From Carcharhinus longimanus (taxonomy: Eukaryota), in NCBI GenBank assembly GCA_030264375.1, contig JASCQW010000109.1, positions 37,875,919-37,939,918 on the forward strand: a stretch of 64,000 nucleotides of DNA, read 5' to 3'. The stretch's first letter is position 1; the number at the start of each line of letters is the position of its first letter. Shown piece by piece: positions 1-12,839 of the stretch. The translations under genes were made by a program, and so were the position numbers. The notes below the pieces were generated by a model, which was not told where the DNA came from, made no database searches, and saw nothing but the letters and a program-made list of their open reading frames with translations.

Positions 1-35
1 TTCTATGTTCTATATTCTCTGTTCTATGACTATGA
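1..35 (+). mobile_element. 3' tail of a CR1 LINE
   Basis: Degenerate (TTCTATG)n tail, the same type as at 36213 and, reverse-complemented, at 53318. Confidence 0.6.
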
Positions 36-43
36 TGTCATTG

Positions 44-1200
44 TCACCTGTTTAAGACTTTGAGGCAAGTTTGTGTCCTATGTTCTGCAGGATACACCAG
101 AGCACCATCTGGTACATAATGAAGGCTGTTCCAGATCTGTCCAAGCATCTTCAAGTACCCAAAGGTTTGCTCGACGATCACTCTTGTGCTCAAATGGGTC
201 CAGTTACACGTTTTCTGTGAAACAGTACTAGGGCTTCTCACAGGTGCCATCATTCATGTCCTCAAAGAGTAACTTTTGCTTGCAAGGAGCCAACCCAAAC
301 TCTGCTTAAAAATGTGAAGATCTGTGATAGACTTGAGTAATGCAGAATGAAGGGAGCTTTCTCGTTATTTTTCCACAGATATGTACAAATATCTTCTAGT
401 GACTACATAACATTACTGATGAATATTCCTGGATAACCTGAGGGGGTTTAGATTGCTAGGTACTACCTGTACCTGTGGGAATCTATCCAGAGCAGCAGAT
501 CTGAGGGCTCTCTCATTCTGACTGACCTCAGCAGTAGCAAAATGGACGTTTTTGAACAACTCTGACAAGAGTGGCATCTGGCTATCTGGTAAACACACTT
601 GTGTGCGTCGGATTGTGGAACCCTACAGATGTCACCAGCAGGTCCATGGAATGAGCCATAGGTAAGGAACTGCAAGATTGTGATGATCTGGAAAGCCACC
701 AGCAATCCATCCCATCTGATTGACTTAGAATCATAGAATCAAGAATCCCCACAGTGTGGAATGAGGCCATTCGGCCAATTGTGCCTGCACCGACAGCAAT
801 TCCACCCATGCCCTATCCCAGTAATCCCACATATTTATATTGCTAATTCCCTTGATACTAAGGGGCAATTTAGCATGGCCAAACAACCTAATTCGCACAT
901 CTTTGGAGGAAAGCGGAGCACCCAGAGGAAACCCATGCAGGGAAAATGTGCAAACTCCACACAGACTTTCACCCAAGGCAAGAATCAAACCTGGGTCCCT
1001 GGCACTGGGGGGCAGCAGTGCTAACCACTGTGCTGCCAAAAGAGTTCTTATTCCAGAAGACTGCAGATGTCGCCAAGACCTGACATAAATGTCTGAACCT
1101 CAAGATATTGGTGCTCAGCTATGTCCTGAAAGCTGATCCTCTCTGCCTGTATATCTCTGATGGGCGTATTGTCTGCTGTGAGCTGGAGCTCTGGGTTCAT
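44..1200 (-). pseudogene. Decayed Harbinger/PIF transposase (HARBI1-like DDE), interrupted by a SINE
   Basis: Frameshifted pieces LQFLTYGSFHGPAGDICRVPQSDAHKC, SQNERALRSAALDRFPQVQ and HLSTRVIVEQTFGYLKM...GALVYPAE are collinear with Harbinger transposase motifs. Confidence 0.85.
726..1037 (-). mobile_element. V-SINE (HE1-like tRNA-derived SINE)
   Basis: Minus strand reads GGCAGCACAGTGGTTAGCACTGCTG...TGTGTGGAGTTTGCACATTTTCCCTG...GGCCATGCTAAATTGCCCC, with a CR1-like TTCTATGATTCTA tail. Confidence 0.9.
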
Positions 1201-1899
1201 TACCTTTATCCTGTAAAAGTGAAGGTGACTACTGCACCCACTAGTCCTTCACTTGCAAAGTCGCTGGAGGCTGATCCCAAACTTCTGAGAATGCTGAATA
1301 GCCGAGAAGTGCTGATCAAAGACAGAAAATGCTCAAAGTAGTAGAAACAAAGTCCAAAGTGTTGGAAATCACAACTAAAGCATTGAAAGAAAAGTCCTCT
1401 GAGCAAAAGCCTTTCATTTAAGAAAATAAATGACTGATATAGCTCTGCATTTAAAAGCATTCTGCCATGTCAATTACTTTGTCTTATTAATTACTGCTGT
1501 ACTTGCACTTTGTTGAACTTGGTGAGCTTCAGATAGCCTGGGAAATCCTTATGCTGGCAGTTAAAGCAGGGTTAAAGCTGCAGCCAATTTGCTAATGGAA
1601 TGTTTAAATCTCAGACTGGCTACTTTGACAGCTTTTCGGATAGTTTGAAAAATGCACCAGTTAAACGCAGATGTCATCAGGTCTCTGCTGAGCTCTCAGC
1701 ACTATCCTCATGCACCCCTGCTCTAAGCACCAAACAGCATCTGCCACGGCATCCTCCACACCACCCGCCTGAAGGTTAAAACTTCCCCTTCCCCTTGGCT
1801 TGAGGAAGATTCCGCTGATCACTTCATTACCAGGTTTAATTTGAGATTTTAACACCCCAGCCAGGATATTCTAACCTTGTCTGGTGATTTCTGTCATTT

Positions 1900-2060
1900 G
1901 AATGAGGTGTTAAACTCTGCCTTTTTAGGTGAATGTAAAAAAATGGCACATTTGAAGAACAGCAAAGGCATTTTTCTCTGTCTTTTGTCTAAGGGTTACC
2001 CATAAATCAGCATCACTAAAATAAATAGATTTACTAGTGATTATTTCATTGCTGAAATCC
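1900..2060 (+). mobile_element. Old Deu-domain SINE fragment (SacSINE1/AmnSINE1-like)
   Basis: GGTGAATGTAAAAAAATGGCACATTTGAAGAACAGCA...CATCACTAAAA...TCATTGCTG, similar to 44100-44360 and 62090-62335. Confidence 0.55.
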
Positions 2061-2865
2061 TTCTCGATGAGCCAGAGCTGCATACTTTTCTAGCTGGGCG
2101 TAATACATGGTTTACATTTTTATAAATCGTGTAACTTAAATTGTTCTCAGAAATAAGTATAAAAATCAGATTTGAAAATGATATCCAAGTAAAAAGTTGA
2201 TACTTAAATTGTCAGACATTTGCTAGTATTCAAAGTCAGATACAGAATTAACTTATGATGAGAAACAATATGAACAAATAGAATCATTAGCCCCATCATT
2301 AAACCAACAGTTTCATCTCTCTTCACATTTCATTATTCATTCACATTTTTTTGATGTTTTCCTTGTAGTGACTGCAATTTTCTTGTAAACTCCTGCATTG
2401 AAATAGCTGCATATTACTTGAAAGCACTTCACAATGATATTACTCATGACCCTTCTCCTTGAACAAGATTTGGGTTCAACTCTTGAGGTTAATCTTTTTT
2501 CTTGAAACTCTTAAAAACATTTTGAGAACAGAATGTATCTCAGTGTGAATTTCAAATGTCAGGAATTTCCTCCTGCTGCATCTGTACCACTGTCAGAATA
2601 TTGCCAGATGTACAGTGGAAACCCCATTTACGCTGATAATTGGAGTTTCTCTTGCATTTTCAGTAAAGATCCAATGTTGCAGCAGCCCTGAGAAAATTTT
2701 CAGATGTCTTCTGTTAATTTCTAAAATGGATTGTATTGTATACTTGGCAATGTGTAGTCACAGTTCCTTGTTTGACTTAATATATTCACAACTAAAATCT
2801 GCATTTTTACTTGGCAGTAAAGCTGTTTCATGACTCAAAATATTTATGTATCTATGCAATTCTAC

Positions 2866-3066
2866 CTGTCACAGGAGCTTCTATATCCAACATTGTTTTC
2901 TCTTGGCGAAGAATTGATGCTCCTTCATTAACAATTCGAAGTGCTACAATTTCCTCTACCCGTCCCTCCTTGGTGAGATGAGCCTTCAAAAGATCGACCC
3001 GTGGCTTGCCATCACAATCGAACACTTCCTTCATGGTCAGTCGATGGCTGAGTGGAAAAGGAACAG
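2866..3066 (-). CDS. PPP3CA: Calcineurin A (PP2B catalytic subunit) alpha, coding exon 2 (201 nt, phase 1/1)
   Basis: Translates (A)[89 protein letters not shown] and APVT match the alpha paralogue better than beta or gamma. Acceptor ttttttctctttctctgttacAG (AG at 3068-3067), donor G|GTAGAA (GT at 2865-2864). The 201-nt length matches human exon 2 as I recall it. Confidence 0.95.
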
Positions 3067-4099
3067 CTGTAACAGAGAAAGAGAAAAAAAGGCAAAAGAC
3101 TTCAGTTACTTCTAAGCAAGCACTACGCAAGTACTTACTATACATCAACAGTTCTCAAACAATGGATCGCAGCCCCAAATGGGGTTGCAGAAACAACAGA
3201 TGGGGTTGCGAGCCCCCGTCTTTTGAGACTGCACCCTACACTGAGGCCACAACAGTGTCCTGCTTGTTTCTCAGTCTCTCTGAATCAATAAGGTTAGTTC
3301 CGCCTGGGGCCAACAGTATGAACAACAAGTTTGATACCCGAATCATTGATATTTTCCCCCCCACTTCATCCTTCCTCCCATTAAATCTTTCTATTAGATC
3401 CTATCTCGACACTGATAGCATAGTTCCTTGAATTTTTTTTTGGTCTTCGCATGACCATTTTGAAATATCATATGCAGGGGATTCATTAACTCAACAGATC
3501 CATGGTCTTATTAGAACCCACTGTGTATTAAGCAGTAAGAAGGTGAATGAACAAATGGATAATGTAAAAAAGATTAACTGGAGTCTGAGGAGATGTCAGT
3601 TCTTAAATTAATGACTATGTGGGTGGTGAGGGAAAGGGCTAGGGAAGGGAGGGGGAGTTGGTAAGGGAGTAACCTTCCTAATTATTACATGATCCAGTCT
3701 GAAAGGGAGCCGCACCCATTACGCAGTGATCCTCCCAGCATTGCTTCACTCTCCCATACTCCACTCAAGTAAAACTTATAAGAGCAGTATGTATTCATTA
3801 CAAATATGTTAGGAAAACATGAAATTGTTAAAAGGCAATAGCTGGTAGGCAGAATAGTGGCATGGAGTTGAAGAATCAAATGCACACAGGCATGGACTGG
3901 GGCATGTGCTTTCAGAACTGCTTAATGTCCTCAGTGGTTGCCACTGGCTGGCTGACCTGTGCGCTGTGTGGGGGAGAGCAGCTTATTATAGTGTATGGTG
4001 TAGAGAGAGGGACTAGCAATTGGTTTATGTGTTTGGGAGGCTGTGCGGAGATAGGGGCCAACTTGATGTGTGCGTGTATACATGTGTGTGTGTGCAACT

Positions 4100-4382
4100 T
4101 ATCACAGAATCAGCAGAGTACAGAAGGAAGCCATTCTGCTCATCGGGCCTGCACCAACAACAATCCGACCCTTAACCCCACTTATTCATTAAGAGGCAAT
4201 TTACCATGGCCAATCAACCTAACCCGCATATATTTGGACTGTGGGAGGAAACCGGAGCACCTGGAGGAACCCCACGCAGACGCAAGGAGAATGTGCAAAT
4301 TCTGCACAGACAGTGACCTGAGGCCGGAACTGAACGTTAGTCCCAGGCAGTGTGAAGCGGCAGTGGTAACCACTGTGCCACC
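4100..4382 (-). mobile_element. V-SINE (HE1-like)
   Basis: Central V domain ...GCGTGGGGTTCCTCCAGGTGCTCCGGTTTCCTCCCACAGTCCAAA and tRNA-like head on the minus strand. Confidence 0.9.
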
Positions 4383-4984
4383 AACATATCTGTATGTTAA
4401 CAGGAGAATATAGAGGGGGTTCACTGATCTTCTGTCCAAGAAATATGAAGGACTTGCCTGAAATATACATGAGTAACAATTTTACAAAGTACTTTGAAAA
4501 TGCATATTTTCAACTAATGTGATGTATTACATATCAAACTATCATTTGTAAATTTTAATAATTATATAGCGAATGCAGCTATGCTGCTTTATTTGTTGTT
4601 TTTGTTGTTGTCTGGGATCAGATTAGTTTTCAAGTGTTAACATGGTCTGTCATATTGGAAAATACTTTGGGGAAACACTGCTAGATATTGTCATATAGAT
4701 CACTAAATTGACAAATCTAATATTCTTGTACAATAAAGTTATACATAATTTATTGATGCTATGAAGAGCCAATAACTTAGAATAAGTAAGATTTGGATTT
4801 GGTATCTGCGCAGTAGCCAATATGAAAACTAATTTAAGTTAAAATCATAAGTAACAGGTTGCACTGTTGCTTTGAGTTCTAAAACAAACAATACAGTGTG
4901 CTCTGAATTCTAAATATGCACATATTTTAAATGGTAAGTATGTTTTTTTTCCATAAATGAAATCAGTCAACCATGGTATTACTT

Positions 4985-5290
4985 AAAAAGAACTGCATTG
5001 TAATGGGCCATTCAGCCCAACTGGTCGTCATAAGCATTTGTGCTCCACACAAGCTTCCTCCCAACCCTCTTCAACTAACCATATTAAGGCTATCTTCTAT
5101 TCTTTTCTGTCTCTTATGTTGATACAACATCCATTTAATTCCACCAATGCCATTCACCTCAAATATTCCTTGAGTATCAAGTTCTACATTCTAAGTGCAC
5201 TCTGGGTAAAGAGATTTCTCCTGAGGTCCCTATTGTTTTTACTTTCTTATATTTGTTTTCTCCCAACAGGTGGCAACATTTTCTATACTG
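4985..5290 (-). mobile_element. Old CR1 3' fragment
   Basis: GGCCATTCAGCCCAAC...GTTCTACATTCTAAGTGCACTCTGGGTAAAGAGATTTCTCCTGA, the reverse complement of a CR1 ORF2 end/3'UTR. Confidence 0.65.
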
Positions 5291-5558
5291 AGGTGCATTT
5301 ACCATTGAATTAATTTTAATAAAACAAGTATAAAATACCCTATGATTTTAACAATGTATGGAATACAAAACATAATGAAAATTCCCCAGATTATTTTTCA
5401 TAACATTTCAGTACTTCAGGGTTGGTTTTTGGCTTTAATTGAATATATGGACATGTTAGAGTTCTGAAAGCGGTAGTTACACTGAAGTAAAATTTCACTT
5501 CAGATTCTGCAAAACGTGTAGTCATGTAATAGTTTAATTATTTATCATATAACTAATT

Positions 5559-5672
5559 TAATATTCAGGTACAACAAAATATAAGGAACAGGCCACTGGA
5601 ATCTTTTGCACCTCATGTAATATTCAGGTTTAATGAAATATAAGGATCCGGGCACTGGAATTCTTTGCACCT
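5559..5672. repeat. Two-copy 59-bp tandem duplication
   Basis: TAATATTCAGGT...AAATATAAGGA...CACTGGAAT...TTTGCACCT starts at 5559 and again at 5618. Confidence 0.85.
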
Positions 5673-6292
5673 AAATCTGAACTGGATTTTCTCTTTGTTT
5701 TGGAGAATCAGTGTCTTTTACAAAATGTATAGAAATGTAAACCGTGCATTATGTCTCTGCAAATGGAGCATGTAAACTGTTTGCAGGTCTCTATTAATGC
5801 TGTTATGCAACTAACTACCAGTTACTCTGGAGGCCACTAATGTTGACTCCAGCTTTCTCTCTCCACTAACTGGGAAGGTATGGTGTTATTACTGAGCAGC
5901 TTTATCTGATTATACAACTAGGATTTATTATGTCAAAGAAATTGCAGCCGAATACCTGTCATACCACAGTGCGGCACATCTATACACACAGCTCAAATGC
6001 ATTTTTCAATTTAAAATATTCTACGATAAACAAGGTAAATTCCAATTTTATCACTTTTTCTGCTGTTTATGAAAAATGCTTCTCAAAGACTTGAACTTGA
6101 ATTCACCACATCAGTCAGTAAAATATTAACATCAAACAAAATAAACTCCAGCTGCTTATCCATGATTACATTGTTCAGCTAATGCACATGAATTGGCTAT
6201 TTTCAGAAGAGAGCTTGGAAGACGAAAGTAATCCACTTGTCGGACTAGCCCTCCTTGCTTCCCAGTCACCGTCCCCTCCTCCCACTACCCTG

Positions 6293-6320
<28 letters not shown>
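6293..6320. repeat. (AC)14 microsatellite followed by a CT-rich tract
   Basis: Read directly from the sequence. Confidence 0.95.
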
Positions 6321-6323
<3 letters not shown>

Positions 6324-8179
6324 CTGTCTCTCTCTCTTTCTCACTCTAATGTGGTATCGACCTTGTCTTTTCACTAATTCATACGATCAGATAGGTATGA
6401 TCATCATAACTCCAAAAACTCATTTTCTACCTGACTGCTAAACTATTTTTATGTTCTATGCTTTTATTTTTCTGTACCGAAATGCTTACACTTAACATAA
6501 TGCAATGCAGTCCAAGTATGAAATGGACTTTCAAGATAACCAGCAGTAGCTGGTTGTTTCAGCAAATTCAAGCGTCTGGTGAAAAAATGGACAAAAAGGA
6601 ACACAAATACGTTGGCACTTGGGGCTCGAGTTGGAAACAAGCTGGAGCGGGGAATGGACGTGATGGGCTTGAAATTTCCTGACATCAACAGCACATTTGT
6701 ATTTTCCCACCTCCAGACCAAGGTGACCTCTCCAAGTTTCAGGTATTGAATGGCTAATCAATGTGATACAAGGTTACACTTACATTCAAGAATACAAAAT
6801 GAAGCCATCCTCATCCCACTTATTTCCCATTTTGTCTCTCAGTACCAGTAAGTCTCTCTCAATCTCATCACTGTGAACCTCAAGTTCCATATCTGTGACA
6901 TGAACAGAGGCACTTCTCGTGTGAAAATGATGGTCAAATAATACACAAGTGACCCTTGCATCTAAGATTATTTGACCTCACAAAGATTATTCATTAAGAT
7001 TTGTGATTGTCTTGATGTTATTTCACTGAAGTCTGTAGTTTGTGGATGTTTTAAGTATTAGTCACAAACAACGTCGGAGTCTTTTCATCCATGTGAAATT
7101 TGCAATGGCATTTATTTTATGACAGTGACATGTAGTATTCATCATTGAGTACCATAGCCTTTCAAGCTTCCCTGTAACATTTTCCCACCTTGGTGTTTAG
7201 GGCTGAAATGTATTAGTTTCCATTCACTCTATGTGAGATGTTGAATGATAGAAGTTGATTTCAGTCAATAACATTTGAAATGTCTGCTAGAAGGGAGTGT
7301 GAGAGTGTGGTCAGAGGTGTGTACTTATCTGATGAACCTGTCTAGTTACATGTGAGGATCACAATCTTCTCCTTAATGGCTGCCTGGCACTGCTTGGCGT
7401 AATCCCCCTGTGAAGTCACAGAATGCAAATTAATATGGAATTCATTACATGACGGGGCATTTGCTGACTTAGTGTTCCGAGAAGGGATTGGCCTTTGTGA
7501 GATGGACAATGTTGAGAACTATAATAGCATGAAAGNNNNNNNNNNNNNNNNNNNNNNNNNNNNNNNNNNNNNNNNNNNNNNNNNNNNNNNNNNNNNNNNN
7601 NNNNNNNNNNNNNNNNNNNNNNNNNNNNNNNNNNNTGTTCCGAGAAGGGATTGGCCTTTGTGAGATGGACAATGTTGAGAACTATAAGAGCATGAAAGAG
7701 ATGCTCCAGAACATCTGTGTGTTCAACAGGATTTATGAAGGGAGTAAGTTATCATGTGAAAACCGCCTGGACCACATCTCTCTCAAATGCCAAGGCAATG
7801 CAATATTTAAGCCTGGCAGGCTTCCAACAAATGCAGAGTAATAAGTAACGCAGGTACTCACATGAGTGCATCTATGTGGGCAAAAGTGTTTCAGTATTTT
7901 GAAGGATACCATGGCCATGACTTGTTGTTGTCATGCTTGAAAGACCTCTACTATGTGTAGTTGCTTAAGGATGTGCACGGCTGGATTGTTTATCACATTC
8001 CATCACGGTCACAGTGACTGGGCCACTTCACCTTCCAAGGATGACCCCATTGTTAGGGCTGAAGGTGGCTCATGCTTCCTGTGTGATCACTGCAAGATTG
8101 ATGACCTTTTGTAATGTGTTAAAGATGTCAATAAAGGTGTTGTTGTATCACCTGTGTTGAAGCATGAAGAGAACTGTAA

Positions 8180-8790
8180 CCATAAAAACTCGTCTTCACT
8201 TGATTCCTCTTGAAATCATATAGGGTTGAGATTGTCATAGGTACATCTGCCATGTCTTGTCCATGCAACGGCATCCTCATGCAGCTGGTCTACTTCTTTG
8301 CTTTCATCAGATTCATCCTCCTTCAAGTCCTCTCTTTATGGCTTCCACTGGCAACACATTCTTCCCTTTTTACAGCTAGGTTATGCAGGGTGCAGACAAC
8401 AATGATAATGCAGGAACCGTCTGTAAGAATTGGAAAGCCTTGTCTGACCAGATCAAACTTCTAATCTGCATCTGTGAAGAGTTCAATAGTCTGCTCTATT
8501 AAGGATCTTGTGGCTAAATGTGCAGCACTGCATTCTTCCTCACATGCACTCTGTGGCCAACGAACATACAACATTACCCATGTCTTCTGAGGGTATCCCT
8601 AATCACGAAGAACCAACCCTCTAAATGCAATGCTCCCTCAAGTATCTCTTGCACCTGGGAGTGATTCAAAATGTATGCATCGTGGGAGATTCCTGGGTAT
8701 CTCATGGAAACATGGTGACTCAGGCTTATGACTTTTTGGCAACTTTGTGAGCCTCTTCCTTTGACCGAAAACAACCTTTAACATTTCTTA
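8180..8790 (-). pseudogene. Decayed Harbinger transposase, C-terminal half
   Basis: RYPGISHDAYILNHSQV, then GYPQKTWVM...AAHLATRSLIEQTIEL in a shifted frame. Confidence 0.85.
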
Positions 8791-8909
8791 TTTGCCCTGG
8801 TTGAACCTTTCCTGTTGTGTTTTTGTGCCTCAATGGAATGCAAATTTGTTGCAAACCATGTGTTAATTGGTTAAATGCCAGTCAATCCCTGCTTACAATC
8901 ATATCTTTC

Positions 8910-9035
8910 AATAAAATAAAGGCAAAATACTGTGGATGCTGGAATCTGAAACAAAAACAGAAAGTGCTGGAAAATCTTAGCAGGTCTGACAGCATCTGTG
9001 GAGAGAGAATAGAGTTAAGATTTCAAGTTGATGGC
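8910..9035. mobile_element. Penelope-like terminal-repeat fragment (family B)
   Basis: TGCTGGAATCTGAAACAAAAACAGAAAGTGCTGGAAAATCTTAGCAGGTCTGACAGCATCTGTGGAGAGAG, shared with copies at 12840, 19640 and 32632. Confidence 0.6.
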
Positions 9036-12000
9036 CTATATACACAATGATAACTGGAGGCTGTGTATAAAGTCAAGGCACTACAACATCATGGGTGGAA
9101 TGTTTCCATCCTGCCCACCATGGGAATTGTAGTGCGTGGGACATGGACCATGCAGAGGTCCAACGACCTTGGGAAGGACTTGTGGGGCAAGCGCAACCGG
9201 AAAATCCCGCTCCACATCCTGTCTCGGTGGTAGTACAGACAGCAGTTTAAAATGTGCACAAGTACATTATATCACAACTATGGCCACCCATCTGAAAGGG
9301 GCAAATAGCTTGCTAACGTAAATGAAAGGCCTATTAAAGTCAATGGTCAGCAGGAATTTTCTCATTGGCCTGCGGGCTTTCTGCTGCATCTAGAACCTGA
9401 CAGGTGCCTGAGGACAACCTCCAAGTGGTAGATTAGGAGACCAATGCTCCAGGGTCAAGCTGAGAAACATCGCTGTCTCCCTGCAATCGCCATATTTCCA
9501 TGCCCATGGCTGGCCACAGACTGCCCTGTGGGGGGATTTCCCCCAAATGATGGTGTCTGGCAGCTAAAGCCATTTCTTTTTCCTAAAAATTGCTGAGAGG
9601 GCACTTCTTTCTCCCCTATTTGTACCAGCAGTCTGCAGCTCCTTCAGTGCTGGATGGCATCCTTGTGGTGATTGTGTCTCTGGTGATTTAGGCAGCAATC
9701 CTTTGACAATTGCCTGGGTGACTAATTCTGGCACACTGCAGGTTTGAGACCTGGATTTGATCCCATTGTTGGGGTCCAAACCACAAACCAAAAATCTAGT
9801 ATGTGGCATTTCTAAAGACTTTGGGGCCCCAAATTTACTGACGAGAACTAGCAAGGTTAAAAATACATTACCTGTAATGTGTGGGTAGTTTCTAAAGCAG
9901 AGTCCATTTCTACCAGGTGATCATGACAGTATTGTAATTTCCATTCAAATTTGAGTCAAAATCCCATGAATTGTATGTCTAGTGCACCAAGGATAATTAC
10001 AGAGATTTTAAAAAACACATAAGTAACTGTTGCCAGCATCAGCAGGTCTTTTAACTTAGAGTGTGGAACTTGTAGAAACTTTGTAAAATCTTTATGAAGT
10101 AGCTTTTGGAGTGTTTTGTTTTTACCCTCCTCTCGCTGGATTTGCGTCAGACAACCACACAGCTATTTCTGTAACCACCAAGCCATTCTTGTGTCCATGC
10201 ACAGTGATGTCTTCTGAATTCCAGGTATGGCATTGCAAATGGGCATTTGTTTGCAATTTTACTAGAGAAAGACAAGGGGCAGAACAGGAAGGAGGAAAGG
10301 GGACTGAGGTTAGATACAGGGGCGATGCAATCTATAAAATATTATCCACCCCAAATAATCTACACATCACAGAGACTTCATAAAGATCTCACAGTGTTGT
10401 ATGAGAAGACTGCACCTACCAAACAGATAACAGTGGGACTTTTCCAATGAACGGAACCAAAATGGCTGTAAAAGTGTCAACAGCACAAATATAGCTAACT
10501 GACACACCTTTCAGGGAAACTCAGGAATTCACCTACTTTGGTCAAGGTTAAAGCACAATATGGAATTACCGTTCTAACACATTTCTGGATTCTCTACTGT
10601 GCAACAGATACCCTAAGTGACACTGCAAGCTCATATAATTAGGCCCATCAGTTAAGAGGGACATCTCACTGAAAGTACATAATTGGTGAAATTTAATGGA
10701 GCCTGCATGAGTATGGGTGGTGGAATGCAAAATCTCGATTTCTCATTGGCAGGTTGAGATGCAGAGCTGAAGTCAGTGGTGTGTTTGCAGCTGGTTCATA
10801 CTTGTAGTATATTTGCATTCCATGAATATTAATGAACATAAATTATTTTTAATTATGTCCTACATTCAAGATGAAGTCAGCAGTGCATGAGAACCTCATC
10901 GCATCAAGTTAATATTTGTTTTAAGGTGGCATGCTCAAACTGGCATTGTGCAATTGTGAGTAACATCAGTGGTTTAACTCTACAGTACCAAGGAGAGGAG
11001 TAGGAAAATGGCAGTTTGCACAGAAGTTCAACCTGGCAAAGGTGAGTCAGTGGTGATGGGGACGGTGGGTATAGACATGGGTTGGACTCACAGAGGAGAG
11101 GAGATTGGTCTGAGGGAAGACAAAGGGTGGAATCAGGGGCATGGAGTGAGAAGGGCCCAGCATTTTAAGTGAGGTGGGGGCAGGGTGACGACAGTCAGTC
11201 AAGCTGAGAAAATTAAGGAGCTAAAGGGCAATTTCACTGCTGCCCAAATGTCTGTCAATTTCAGTGTGTTGGATGGCAGAGTCATTACAGGATTATTTGT
11301 TCACCTACAGCATTTCAATTGTCCCTGCTGAAAGTGATATTGGGCAATGTCCTTTACAATGTATAGAAGGGAGGGTCACCTGAGCAAGCAAGTTTAACTA
11401 TGGTTCAGAGTGATGAGTACAACACTGGACACTAACATAAATATTAAACACAACATTGTTCTTTCCCACAATAAAAGAAATGTCCTCAAAATCTCCAGCA
11501 ACCATCAAGTTGTGTCAACCATGAGAAGTTTAGATCTCTAAGTTAGCCCACATGGATAAAGTAAAGCCAATGTAATCTGAAGTATTTAATTTTGAAAAAC
11601 ACAAATGCCACTTTTGCTTTCTCAAATCTTATATTGATGACAATGGATTTGGGACAGGAAAGCTCCCTGTTTGGCCAGAGGCTTACTCATAGCGGCAGCG
11701 TTTTCAGCTGATGGCAGGTTTCACCACTGAAAAATATTCCCTACCACATGATCGCACATGTTTTTCCATGTGGTTATTCAAATTTTAATTGTAACCACAT
11801 GGCAAATGGGAAAAATCATGAGGAGAAGTGATGCTCATTTCTGGCTATGCCATCAGGAACAGCACACTGTTGACAAAATCTCCTCATTATATGACAAAAA
11901 AGCCATTAAATGATGGCCAGATTTATTGGATGTTGATATGAGGCTTGTATTCTGAGCCATTCTGCTCTTCTTGAGCTCCTGGAAGAAAGTAGACAAATGA

Positions 12001-12259
12001 ATGTAAGACTTGTGGATAACAAGGCATTTAGCTTGCCACCATGGATGATAACTTCTCTAAAATATATACAGCAGCAACTGAGGCATACACAACTAACAGA
12101 GTAGGCATAGAGAGAACTACCAGTGGCTTAAAGTAGAGCTTTAGCTGCCTGATAGATCAAGGGGAGCACTTCAGTACTTTAACTTGCTGTATTCTGGGCA
12201 ACTCTGACATCTAAAAAGACCTTCATATGTAAATTTTTGGGAAGGTGATTGCAATTGCT

Positions 12260-12665
12260 TCTGAGGCAAAAAAGCCTCAGATACATTGTCACTTGAAGGA
12301 CCCCTGAATGATAGCTATAAGGGGTATCAGGCTCAATGAGGCCTCATCCTCCCTCATTTTTATGTTCTCGTCCAACCCCATGACCCTCCAAGATATCTAT
12401 GCTCCTCTATGCCTGGCCTCTTGTGCATCCCCAATTTTAGTTGCTCTGCTATTTTTGGCAATGCCTTGAGTTTCATAGGCTCCAAGCTCTGGAGTATCTT
12501 CTCCATACCTTTCCATCTCACTTTCTTCCTTTGCAACATCTCTATGACCAAAAGCTTGGTCATCTGGCCTAATATCTCCATCTATGGCTCAGCATGATAC
12601 TTGATTTTATAATGCTCCTCTGAAGAACTTTGGGACTGCTGCTACATTAAATACGCCACAGAAAC
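12260..12665 (+). mobile_element. L2 LINE 3' fragment
   Basis: ...AAGCTCTGGAGTATCTTC...GACCAAAAGCTTGGTCATCTGGCCTAATATCTCC...AATGCTCCTCTGAAGAACTTTGGGAC; the reverse complement occurs at 21280-21620. Confidence 0.7.
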
Positions 12666-12839
12666 AAAGGTTGTCTCACAAGTGTTTTCATCCTGAGCGT
12701 TTTCAGACATTTCCAGTGCATGACATTTTACTGACATGCAGTAAGGGTGCCTGGTCCTTTAAATAACATAATTGCACAGCCATCTTGCCTCCTCAGGCTT
12801 CTTTTTTTAAAGAGTGGAAAACCCAGGTGTTTCCAGGAC

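Noticed and set aside
44-720. Functional HARBI1 gene
   Set aside because: Multiple frameshifts, stops and nested SINE/CR1 insertions.
1198-1218. Apparent 7-nt micro-exon (ttttacAG|GATAAAG|GTAATG) in intron 2
   Set aside because: It would shift the frame and lies within the Harbinger fossil.
2852-3148. 98-aa ORF as a stand-alone gene
   Set aside because: Only 2866-3066 is exon; the rest is read-through into the polypyrimidine tract and the donor-side intron.
726-4382. V-SINE pair flanking exon 2 as a driver of circularisation
   Set aside because: Both copies are in the same orientation and cannot pair with each other.
3862-4413. 183-aa plus-strand ORF
   Set aside because: Runs through a TG-rich tract and an antisense V-SINE; no protein family resemblance.
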